A DNA stretch of 64,000 nucleotides from a virus. Numbering within the stretch: the stretch's first letter is position 1; every line of letters starts with the position of its first letter. Positions 45,188 to 54,638 of the stretch are shown piece by piece. The notes beneath the pieces are model-generated. The model was not told the origin of the DNA, did no database searches, and worked only from the letters and a program-made list of their open reading frames with translations. The stretch covers positions 32,001-96,000 of IMG/VR virus record IMGVR_UViG_3300028388_003280. One strand, 5' to 3'. A program made the position numbers and the translations under genes.

Positions 45188-46669
45188 GGGACCCGGATCT
45201 CGCAACTCTGATGAGATCAAGCTGTACGACGACGCCGATCGTTTCTTCAGGGCTCGAGCTCGCCAGTATCGGCGACACATCGAGCATCGTGAGAAGCTGA
45301 TCCGCGGTGGAGAAATTACAGCGTGGGAAGCAAAGAGGATGCGTAACGAGAACGAAGCGGACGAGGCTAGTGCCAAGTACTGGGATGCGAAAGCTGAGTC
45401 CTACGAGCCGAGGTTTTAACCATGGATGCAATCCACGGCGTTCTCATACTGGCTACGCTTGCCACAACCCTTAATTGGATGTTCGCCCTCATCAGACTAG
45501 ACAAACATGAACCCATCAAGGACTGGGAAAAGACAGCACCAGTTGGGATCCTGATTCTCATTGCTGTCATCGCATTCTATGGAGTGTTGAACCCATGAAG
45601 TTCACGTTTGCGCACGACCAGGCTCTTGTTGAAAGAGCTTGGCACGACTACCTAGACACGCTACAGGAAGACGAGTTCACGACGCCAGAGGTCATCCGTC
45701 GCGATCGCGAAAGTGCCCTGTACACGATCCGCAAGGTCGTCAACCACCAGAAGTGGCTCGACGGCAAGATCACCACAGCCACATACACGAGGGGTTCACG
45801 CAATGTTTGAGACCTACCCAGATTGGAAGTGGTGGTTCAAGACCACCGATTTCATCCGCAACACGACGTGGTACACGTGCAGGTTCTGCATGACCACGGG
45901 TGCAAACAGCACCGCCAACATTCGGCATCATGAACACTGCAATCGTCCTGACATGGGCAACCCGTGTGAGGACATTGCTATGAAGCCGTACGTGCACATT
46001 GGCCCGTATGGTGAGAACATCATCGACTGCTGATAACTTCAACGAAGGAATGAACATATGAAGGTTTTGGGTGATGTACTACTGGGCATGCTTGCTGCTC
46101 TTTTCTTGACTGCAGGGGCTGCCTTCGTGCTATTTATCTTCGTCCTTGGTCCACTTGCTGGGCTGTGGGCTCTGAATACGCTGTTCGGCCTAGGCATCGC
46201 GTACACGTGGAAGACATGGCTGGCTGCGTTCGTTTTGATCGTGCTCGTCAAGAGCCGCACCAAGGTTACTACAGAGAAAGCAGAGAAGTCTTGACCAACG
46301 CAGAAGCACACGTTGACCGTCTCCTCCGCGAGTTCTACACTCGCATGAATCCCCAGGTCCAGTCGGACCAGGTGCCTCAGGCATGGATCGATGCCAACCG
46401 TGAATGGGCAGCCGATCACCTGAATGAAGCTCACGAAGCAGGCGTGAACATTGGACTCTGCTATGCCTGCAAAAAGAACAGAGTCCCAGGGTCGTACTCG
46501 CCGTATGACCTCGCCGCGCATGGTAGGTACCGTTCGGGGCGATGAACCAAAAACCAAACTGCAGTCGGTGCTCTACATACATCAAAGCCAAGCTTACATG
46601 CAAGGACTGCCTAGCTGGTAAGGGACTCCACATCTGGAATCCCTATGTGTATAAGACTAAGGAGAAATC

Positions 46670-48103
46670 ATGAAGCACCTGTATCTAGTTCTACTACTGT
46701 TCGTGATCGCATGTGGCGATCGCGATGTGGCACCACTAGGAGTAGCCAACGACCAACCGCTCGCAAGAGCGGTTGTCCAGTATCCGGTGATTGACTCGGC
46801 CGTCGTAAACAAAGACGGAACAATCACCGTCGTAGGCAGCAGTTTCGGCCACAAAGACCAGGCAGCTCCATTGTTGTGGGCCAACTTCGAGGAAGCCACA
46901 CCGATGGAGTCGTTCCATCCCCAGCTGTATTGGTTCATCTTCAATACGCCAGAGCCAACACTGGTTCCAGACTCTCGACACGCCAATTCGCAATTTGCAT
47001 ATAGAGCTGACCTGTCCAGTGGATATGATATGACCGCGGCAATCAATGCCGAAGACTCGGCGGACTGGTTCGTATCATATTGGCTCAAGGTCGATAGCGA
47101 TGTGCAGTTTGGCAACGGATACGCATCGACCCGTGAGAACCTATCCAACATCAAGATGGTTAGGTGGCATGGACACACCAGTTCAGCCTATGATCCAAAC
47201 GAGCCTTTCCTGGTTCATTCATACTACAGCTTTGACGAAGATCCTGGATCAAGGGTAAGCACAATGTCGACGGCGGCTAGTGGTACCATTTGGAACAGAT
47301 TCAACGTTGACGATTGGGTCAGAGACAGTTGGTCAAACCACTCGTACGAGTTCTCTGCAAACGACATCGGACAAGACAACGGGATCCTCAATCACTGGTA
47401 CAGGGATCAGCATGTATTCAACGAGATGAACTACGTCTCGCGGGACACCGCTGTTACTAGACTGATGCACCTTTGGGCTATTGGACCGATGAACTCATTT
47501 GGATACGATGAGCCATCTGCCACGCCCAACTATTTCTGGATGGACGAGATCTATGTCGACAACACGCTAGCCCGTGTCGAGGTGGCGGCCAGTCCAGACT
47601 ATGACACATCGCAGAAGGAGGTTCAGATCCCATTTGCCTGGTCTGATTCTGAGATCCGCGCAACTGTCAATGGTGATTTCGACCTCAAGACCGTCGATCT
47701 TGACGAAGGCTTGTATGTCCATGTCACATCGCCGTCTGGACATAGAGACACCTATATGCTAGACCGAGCAGGACCTAGTGCTTTGTCAATGCTTGGGGAG
47801 CTATCAACCTTCATTCAGCAAGGCTCAGACGCAACGGGCACAGCACCAGGTGCAGTCGCCTATAGGTTCTACAATACACGCGGCCCAGACAGCACATACG
47901 TGGATATCATCTTCCATGATGGACTGTTCGTGCCAGACACTTTCAAGTGGTCAGGTCCGACGAGTGGACTCGTGTTGGTTGGAAGCTATACAATCGTTCA
48001 CAACAATCTGATTGATTCAGACTGGTTGAGCGAAACTGACTACGTTGCCAGCTACAGAGATGGAGGCGTGGTCAAATACATGACTGTCCGTGAGGTCCGA
48101 TAG
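46670..48103 (+). CDS. Predicted lipoprotein, beta-sandwich/ConA-like
   Basis: MKH + hydrophobic stretch + VIAC lipobox; aromatic-rich beta pattern; TAAGGAG RBS. Confidence 0.7.
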   Translation: MKHLYLVLLLFVIACGDRDVAPLGVANDQPLARAVVQYPVIDSAVVNKDGTITVVGSSFGHKDQAAPLLWANFEEATPMESFHPQLYWFIFNTPEPTLVPDSRHANSQFAYRADLSSGYDMTAAINAEDSADWFVSYWLKVDSDVQFGNGYASTRENLSNIKMVRWHGHTSSAYDPNEPFLVHSYYSFDEDPGSRVSTMSTAASGTIWNRFNVDDWVRDSWSNHSYEFSANDIGQDNGILNHWYRDQHVFNEMNYVSRDTAVTRLMHLWAIGPMNSFGYDEPSATPNYFWMDEIYVDNTLARVEVAASPDYDTSQKEVQIPFAWSDSEIRATVNGDFDLKTVDLDEGLYVHVTSPSGHRDTYMLDRAGPSALSMLGELSTFIQQGSDATGTAPGAVAYRFYNTRGPDSTYVDIIFHDGLFVPDTFKWSGPTSGLVLVGSYTIVHNNLIDSDWLSETDYVASYRDGGVVKYMTVREVR

Positions 48104-49536
48104 TGTCAAGATCCAAGAAGAACACAGCACTCGTATGGTTCGCCATGGCGCTAGGTGTTGCAATGTTCTTGACGATTGGTGGGTGTGAGCGGGACTTTGA
48201 CCCGCTTGCACCTATCGTCTCTGAACAGAAACCGGCTGAGCCATATGACGAAGAGTCAGAGTTCCTCGAGCCGCCCGAAGGTTACATGGAATCACTCATG
48301 CCGCAGCGGTCGATCGGTTCAGTACCGGGCGCACCTACTACGGCACGAGAGATGGTGGAGCAGGCTAGAGATCTAGTCATGTCCGCATGGGATCAAGAGA
48401 ATGGATACTTCATCTGCAGCTCAACAGAGCTGACCTCGAGCTTTGGAGACATATGCTGGAACTTCACATATGTCTACTCGTTTGATACGTCTGTGAATGC
48501 AGGGTTTGTGGCTAGCATTGGTCTCACAAACAATGTCAGGTGGTTTGACGAGCAAACACCGTGTCGACAGGAAAACGGCGCATCCCACGTATCGTGTGGT
48601 AGCATGAACCCACCTGCCCATGACTTCGTTGACGCATACAACCCAGACTGTCCATACGGGCGTGAGTATTGGGAGAACCTGTTCAATATGCTGCTCAACG
48701 AGGTCACCCTGCAAGAGTACTGGAACAGCCAGTCAATGGGATGGAACCAGCTCCGCGTTGGATATGGTGGCTTGACGGCGGATGGGGAATACGTGTATGA
48801 GTTCGCGTATGATTACCCAATCGACACAGTGCCGTCATTCTATTGTGGCGCACCAGGTCCTCCTCCACCTCCACCACCTCCTCCGAGGCCAGGCAAGGGT
48901 GACCTGTTGCCAGACATCCGTGAAGAGCTCGATCAAGAGACTATTGATCGTGATCGGCTCGACAACCCTCAGGGTGGAAGAGGCGGAGTGTATCCGCCAG
49001 ATCTTGGTGGTGTAGAGCCGCCGCCTCCGCCCAGCATCATCATCGTTAGTGATGACTTTGAGACAGGAGACTTCAGTAGCAACTGGGGCGATACGAGTGC
49101 TGGATCCTCGCGAGTATACGTGAGCTCAGAATTCGGAGCCAACACAGGGAGCTTCGCTGCAGTCTTCGATAGGGACACGGCTGGTACGACCATCCTTTCC
49201 TACAAAGACCTCAACGCTGATCTGAGCACACACGACGATGTCTACATTAGCTTCTGGGCCCGTACGAACTCAAGCAATGGAAACCAAGCCATCTATTTCA
49301 AGGATGGTGACGGTGACTTCTCCTACGCGTATGAGCTCAGTACTGCGACCCTAGGAACCAATACGTGGACATTCGTGAGCCTAGACGTGGATGCTATCGT
49401 GGCTACTATGCCTAGCATCCAAATGGATGCAGGGTTTGAATTTGGCTTCCATGGACAGCCGAATGACCAGTTCCCTGCGAGCGGCCTGATGATCGATGAT
49501 GTTACTGTTGGCACAGGTCCTCCACCAACCCAGTAA
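48103..49536 (+). CDS. Predicted lipoprotein with poly-Pro linker and C-terminal jelly-roll domain
   Basis: IGGC lipobox; PPPPPPPP; SDDFETG...IDDVTV. Confidence 0.7.
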   Translation: MSRSKKNTALVWFAMALGVAMFLTIGGCERDFDPLAPIVSEQKPAEPYDEESEFLEPPEGYMESLMPQRSIGSVPGAPTTAREMVEQARDLVMSAWDQENGYFICSSTELTSSFGDICWNFTYVYSFDTSVNAGFVASIGLTNNVRWFDEQTPCRQENGASHVSCGSMNPPAHDFVDAYNPDCPYGREYWENLFNMLLNEVTLQEYWNSQSMGWNQLRVGYGGLTADGEYVYEFAYDYPIDTVPSFYCGAPGPPPPPPPPPRPGKGDLLPDIREELDQETIDRDRLDNPQGGRGGVYPPDLGGVEPPPPPSIIIVSDDFETGDFSSNWGDTSAGSSRVYVSSEFGANTGSFAAVFDRDTAGTTILSYKDLNADLSTHDDVYISFWARTNSSNGNQAIYFKDGDGDFSYAYELSTATLGTNTWTFVSLDVDAIVATMPSIQMDAGFEFGFHGQPNDQFPASGLMIDDVTVGTGPPPTQ

Positions 49537-49546
49537 CTCATGTATG

Positions 49547-49576
49547 GTGTGCATGGCGGCCTGATGCTGGTATGAT
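49547..49576 (+). promoter_or_regulatory. sigma70-type promoter
   Basis: GTGTGCA-N14-TGG-TATGAT. Confidence 0.8.
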
Positions 49577-49602
49577 CTAATCACCCTAGCAGAAAGGCTG
49601 CC

Positions 49603-50031
49603 ATGCAGACCTTCCTTCCCTACCCTGACTTCCGCGAGTCCGCACAGGTCCTTGACTACCGACGTCTTGGAAAGCAACGTGTCGAAGCCATGCAGATCCT
49701 GAAGGCTCTGCGCGGTGAGACCAAAGGTTGGGTCAACCATCCAGCTACCAAGATGTGGTGCGGATATGAGGACGCCCTTGGCCTCTACATGAATGTGATG
49801 ATCCGTGAATGGATCTCTCGCGGATACAACAACACCATGGAGCTCTATGACTTCGGAGATCGCCTCGGTGAGCTTATCGACCTGCCACCTTGGTTCGGAG
49901 ATCCAGAAGTTCATGCATCCCACAGAGCCAACCTCCTACGCAAGGATCCTGAATACTATGGAGCGTTCAACTGGACTGAAGACCCCAGCCTACCTTATGT
50001 TTGGCCCAGCGGAGTGGGTTCCGCCGCGTGA
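49603..50031 (+). CDS. Pyrimidine-dimer DNA glycosylase/DenV-related (MSMEG_6728-like) protein
   Basis: MQTFLPY...LD.RRLGKQRVE, HPA.KMW, SHRANLLRKDP. Confidence 0.85.
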   Translation: MQTFLPYPDFRESAQVLDYRRLGKQRVEAMQILKALRGETKGWVNHPATKMWCGYEDALGLYMNVMIREWISRGYNNTMELYDFGDRLGELIDLPPWFGDPEVHASHRANLLRKDPEYYGAFNWTEDPSLPYVWPSGVGSAA

Positions 50032-50467
50032 TCCTAGTCTGCCTCCGATCATCGGCTGGCGCGCTAAGTGGCACAGGGCATTGGACTTGATTGAGGCGGC
50101 ACAGCGTATCTATGCCGAGCATCCATATCACCTCAACGAGCTCGCATTCCTGATCCGCAACGTCCTCTATGACATCACAAACACCAATGATTTCAGTCAG
50201 GGTGTGAGCTACTCCGCACAAGAGCTCAAGGCTTCTGAGCGAGTCCGCGACCACGTTCTCGGTCGTACCTACGCTGCACGACGCATCCTCATGGGACCAT
50301 TTAGTGCTGCTGAGCTCGACGGCCGGAGCATGCGCGGATGGATCGAAGACGCGATCTACGACTATTGCTACACACGAGACGTGACCAAAGAAGAGCACGC
50401 GAGCATCACTGCTCGAGGCAACTCGGCTGATGCATACTACGACGTACCGGGACCATGGAATGCCTAA
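49997..50467 (+). CDS. Hypothetical protein, possible beta-beta-alpha-metal nuclease
   Basis: RDHVLGR...CYTRDVTKEEH; start uncertain. Confidence 0.4.
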   Translation: MFGPAEWVPPRDPSLPPIIGWRAKWHRALDLIEAAQRIYAEHPYHLNELAFLIRNVLYDITNTNDFSQGVSYSAQELKASERVRDHVLGRTYAARRILMGPFSAAELDGRSMRGWIEDAIYDYCYTRDVTKEEHASITARGNSADAYYDVPGPWNA

Positions 50468-52667
50468 TCTGCTCCCATCATCGTGTCCTGAGTGTGGGCA
50501 TGCACCTACACCATGGCGCATACAGTCATCAAAGACCGTGCACTCAACCGTTTTCAAACCAGTAATGGCAACATGCAACAAGTGTGGTCACACAATACCC
50601 CTCGATGGAGGCATAAGATGAAAGACTCAATGTACGAACGTCTCAAGGACATCATCAACTACAACCAGAGCGAGCAGGAGAATATTTCATTCTTCTTTTG
50701 GGCTGATAATCGTGCCGCAGACGAGCCAAAGCCTGCTCCGCTCTGTATGTTCCACTGGATGTCCGACAGTGCACTCGCTTCCATCAAGGACCACATCCTC
50801 GAGATTGAACGAGCTCGTGCCATGCATCGTGATGGATACGAACCAATCAAGACGCCTAAGTTCAAGTCTGTCTGCCGCTCTGGTGATCTGATGGACGGTA
50901 GTGTTGAGCTAGTACCTACGATCGATAAGACTCGGAGTTGGAGGATCTGACCATGACCGTTCTATTCTGGCTTTTCACCGGACTCGTTCTAGTGTGGATT
51001 GTAGCCACTATCGTTGACACCCATCAGAACAGGCCAGCTGCTCTCATCAAGAAGGAGAAACAGCTCAAGGACGCTGAGAAAAGACGGATGGTAGCGGAGC
51101 TCGAGCATTCAGCCGAGCGACAGTCCGCACTCAATTATATCAGCTATTTGTGCCAGATGTTCAACAACCCTCATGTGGATCAAGAGACTATGTTGGTCCA
51201 ATGGACGCCCGAAGGTTGTAAGCAAATTGGTGCAGAGCTCTATGAAGCATACAAGAAACTAGGGGGCAAGTGATGAGCGAAAACTTCATCAACGTCCACA
51301 TGGGATACTACAACCAGAATGGCGACAAGATCGAGTTCCAATACTCGACAGATCGCGGCTTCTTCATCGTCATCGACGACGTAGAGCATGAGCTAGGCAC
51401 ACTAGACGATGTATCCGATTGTGCACTCATCCTACACCAGTTCAGAGATTCAGTCCGTCTCCTCGAAAGCGGGGCGAGGTCATGAACAGATTCATCGTCC
51501 TCACACCAGACGAAGACTTCCACTTCAACCTATCGGCTGAAGAAAGACTACACTCTGACCTCATAGTACAGAACATGGGCAACGGCACCTTCCAGGTGCT
51601 CAAGAGCAGACGTAGACCTCCAGGTCAAATCATCGTTGAACTCGAGCTAGAAGACGAGATCTGGTGGCTGCTGACTAACGAGCCTCGCACACCTGCTTCC
51701 AAATCAGAGTACAAGAGACTCAAGGCGCAGGGATACAAGAACCTACGAGAACCGGAGTAGCCATGTTTTCCAAAGACCAAGACTTCCAGAAACTAGCATC
51801 AGAGATCCAGGACTGCAGCCTAAAGGATGCCAACACAGGCCGCCTACACAATCTTATCATGATGACACTCCAGAAGGCCTATCAGATGGGTATGCACGAT
51901 GAGAGAGAAAGACTCCGCCGTTGCCTAGACCCCAAAGCTACGATCCTAGACGAGGGACAGACATACAGATCTGGATACGAAGCAGGCAAGCTAGCCGAAC
52001 AGAACCGTTTCAGAGACCTAGGCAAGAAGGACCCGTATAGACCATGAATGCGCAATCGAACCGGTGGACATGGAACAGCCAGTACGTCCGTGACCTCGCA
52101 GAAGAGCTTCGCTACTCAGCAGTCCATGACGGCTTCGAAGAGAGCCTAGACAAGATCATTGGAACATTGCTATATGCATATTCACGCGGACAGCTCGATC
52201 CGATTCGAACCGTCGACCGGAGCCATGAAATCAGTTTCAATGACGAGCCCGAGGTCTAGACCATGAGTGCACACCAGTACGAATACAAGGTCATCCAGGT
52301 AGACAAGCTCAGTCGTTTATCAGACATGGATAGGCTCGAGAACCTGCTCAACCAATACTGGACCATAGACCGAACCGATTCAGCAAACGACACCGTCGTC
52401 TTCGTTCTCAAACGACGCATACCAACCTCACTAGAGTAGGAGACTAGATAGATCATGACGAGCTCTATCCCATCCAACTGTCCATCCTGCAATCAACCAT
52501 ACACTCTCCATTTCCAAACCACCAGAGAACCATCATGGATACTAGATAGCAGAGGTAGCAGAGTAGGTAAGATCCTCCATTCCCAATACAGATGCACAGA
52601 GTGCGGACACTACACAGTCACATCTCAACGCATCTCCAATTCACCACAGAATAGACATACGAGCTAG
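50460..52667 (+). other. Array of small hypothetical ORFs
   Basis: Starts at 50460, 50618, 50953, 51270, 51482, 51763, 52044, 52263, 52455; two zinc ribbons and one membrane anchor. Confidence 0.65.
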
Positions 52668-52693
52668 GGTACACTGTCTAGGGGATAAGGTAT

Positions 52694-52728
52694 AGGGGAG
52701 TCTGCAGTACGTAGGCTCCCCTCTCTTA
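52694..52728 (+). terminator. Terminator-like hairpin ending the + strand array
   Basis: AGGGGAGTCTGC / GTAGGCTCCCCT, then CTCTT. Confidence 0.6.
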
Positions 52729-52866
52729 TGCTAAGTTATTGAAAACGCAGGCCGGTTAGGTGTGATTGCACGGCCATATCAAAGTGATATCACATTGGTA
52801 TCTGTGCGTGAGGTGGAATAGGATGGGTCTGGTGTGGATGAATCTGAGTCTTAGGGGGTGAGTCAT

Positions 52867-52900
52867 AAAAGGCGCCCCCAGACTCATCCAGAGGCGCCCT
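52867..52900 (-). terminator. Intrinsic terminator for the minus-strand operon
   Basis: On minus strand: GGCGCCTC...GGGGCGCC-TTTT. Confidence 0.7.
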
Positions 52901-52925
52901 AGTGGCATTTCAGTGTGTGGGTGGC

Positions 52926-53144
52926 TCAGCTCATCGGCACGCTCGTGACGGCGTCGAGGACGTACTGGTGATACACCACATGCTCGCAGGCGTCACACGT
53001 GTACACGAGCGTGAGCGTCTTCGCACCGATCCACTCCGTGTCGTCGTAGTCGAGCATGCGCTCACACATGGGACACTCCACAGGAGCAGGACCGGGCTTG
53101 TTCGTGCTGTTACGCTGGACCGGATGGTCGTGGATGACGCTCAT
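52926..53144 (-). CDS. Small zinc-ribbon protein
   Basis: CPMC...CDAC; GGAGG RBS. Confidence 0.7.
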   Translation of the reverse strand: MSVIHDHPVQRNSTNKPGPAPVECPMCERMLDYDDTEWIGAKTLTLVYTCDACEHVVYHQYVLDAVTSVPMS

Positions 53145-53341
53145 CGGATCACCTCCAGATACTTGCCTTCGACCCACTGGTCGTACGAGAGCACACCGTC
53201 ACCACTATCACACGGCTCGTCGAGCTCTACCAGATAGCCGAGGCTGGTGTCTTTGGAAATGTGAGTGATCTCGCCACGGTCAACACCGTAGCCAGGCACT
53301 CGGATCTCGACACGATCGCCGACCTTGAACTGCTTGCTCAT
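53141..53341 (-). CDS. Small SH3/KOW-like protein
   Basis: FKVGDRV...GEI...YLVELD; AGGAGG RBS. Confidence 0.7.
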   Translation of the reverse strand: MSKQFKVGDRVEIRVPGYGVDRGEITHISKDTSLGYLVELDEPCDSGDGVLSYDQWVEGKYLEVIR

Positions 53342-53607
53342 GATCCACTGACCTCCTCGCCCGTTTGGGCGTAGTGCTGAATGGACTCCCACTCTTCGTT
53401 GAAAACAGCGAGAGCACGGTTGTAGTCGGTGCCGTAGAACAGCTCCGGATGCAGCTTAGCACGCGGAACGCCATGCGGACGGAACACGACACGGTAGTGA
53501 CCGTTGCTGTATTCCTTCAGCACGAGACGGCCGTAGCCCTCTGCATCACCGATCACCAGCAAGAAGCCGGACGAGCCGGTCGTGCTGTGCGTCAGCGTAG
53601 TCTTCAT
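53338..53607 (-). CDS. Hypothetical early protein
   Basis: AGGAGG RBS; promoter directly upstream. Confidence 0.72.
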   Translation of the reverse strand: MKTTLTHSTTGSSGFLLVIGDAEGYGRLVLKEYSNGHYRVVFRPHGVPRAKLHPELFYGTDYNRALAVFNEEWESIQHYAQTGEEVSGS

Positions 53608-53633
53608 AATCTAGCCTCCTATCAACTACTCTG

Positions 53634-53663
53634 ATTCTACCATACGGGCCGCGCCCTGTACAC
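53634..53663 (-). promoter_or_regulatory. sigma70-type promoter (minus strand)
   Basis: GTGTACA-N14-TGG-TAGAAT on the reverse complement. Confidence 0.8.
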
Positions 53664-54325
53664 AACTTCCAGAGTGGGGAAACCAAACTGCCAATCGTCC
53701 TAAACTGAATAACCACAACGGCTTAGATCCTATGCTGGATCCAAGTCCCAGAGCTACGAAACCAGTTTGAAGGCACCACATGCAGTGCCTCTAAACTGCC
53801 ATAGAATGCAACCTAGAGCGGCTTGACCCGGACCACTCGAGCTCCGGAGCACCTGCTCGAGAGGCGCCGGAGGGTAAGCCATTGGAACCAAACAGCTTAA
53901 GTGCTGTAGGGGGGCTTACGGACTTTGGTCCCTGACCATCCCCGGTCGAGCTCAAGAGTTTCATACCATATGCAGTAGAGCAGCACGAGCTCGAGGCACC
54001 ACCCACTGTATCACTCGACTGGTCCCGGCCGGGCTCGATCGAGGGACCCGGCAAGGACGCTGCAAACCGTTTATTCCCAACACCTTACACTCAGACCAGA
54101 ACCAGCCAGTACGGTACCATCCACCAGGGGATCCCAGGTCCCAGACCGGTAGATGCAAACTTTAGTGCTCAGCTCGAGAGCTCGCATACAACCTGCTGCG
54201 CTATAGGGGGGACCGTGCACGGCGGGCTGTATGTGATCGAAGCTCGGCACGGCGGGGGCTCGAAACAACAATGAAAATTGGCATGAATCCTGAAAGCCGC
54301 TTAGCCCGTAAAAAATTCGGAGGGG

Positions 54326-54378
54326 CCCCCGAACATGGTGGAGCGCTTCATCTACACACCGATTCCCCCGAACATGGT
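54326..54378. repeat. 14-bp direct repeat, two copies
   Basis: CCCCCGAACATGGT at 54326 and 54365. Confidence 0.85.
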
Positions 54379-54462
54379 TGGGAGTATATGCCCGAAACGG
54401 AATATAACCTTTTTTGGCTATAATCGCTCATTATAGGCTCTAAAGGCTATATCACACGATTG

Positions 54463-54555
54463 TGCAAGAGATCCACCACGAATCACGCCGTTTGGCACGG
54501 AACCTGATATTGCACGAGTTCACACAATCACGCCGTTTTTGGCACACTACTTGCA
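54463..54555 (+). repeat. Imperfect ~47-bp tandem repeat ending in sigma54-like boxes
   Basis: TGCAmGAG...AATCACGCCGTTT(TT)GGCAC, two copies. Confidence 0.75.
54539..54555 (+). promoter_or_regulatory. sigma54 (-24/-12) consensus site
   Basis: TTGGCAC-ACTAC-TTGCA. Confidence 0.65.
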
Positions 54556-54579
54556 GGAGGGGGTCCCCTCGCTGCACGA

Positions 54580-54638
54580 AATTTTTTTCGGCTATTTCTT
54601 CAGTTTCGGTGTACTCGTCCCGCGTAGGCTGGTATGAT
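54580..54638 (+). promoter_or_regulatory. Strong sigma70-type early promoter with T-tract UP element
   Basis: GTGTACT-N14-TGG-TATGAT; 19 bp identical to the 30.05 kb promoter. Confidence 0.8.

Larger units (their letters stand above)
41995..46545 (+). other. Array of about 19 tiny, translationally coupled early ORFs
   Basis: Starts at 41995, 42231, 42482, 42690, 42882, 43090, 43298, 43546, 43653, 44023, 44217, 44712, 44972, 45174, 45422, 45595, 45803, 46058, 46291; ATGA/TGATG overlaps and SD sites. Confidence 0.75.

Noticed and set aside
48856-48886. CCT/CCA microsatellite
   Set aside because: It encodes a poly-proline linker with mixed codons
54326-54555. Repeats as a mini CRISPR array
   Set aside because: Only two copies of each repeat, repeats too short or degenerate, no regular repeat-spacer period and no cas genes
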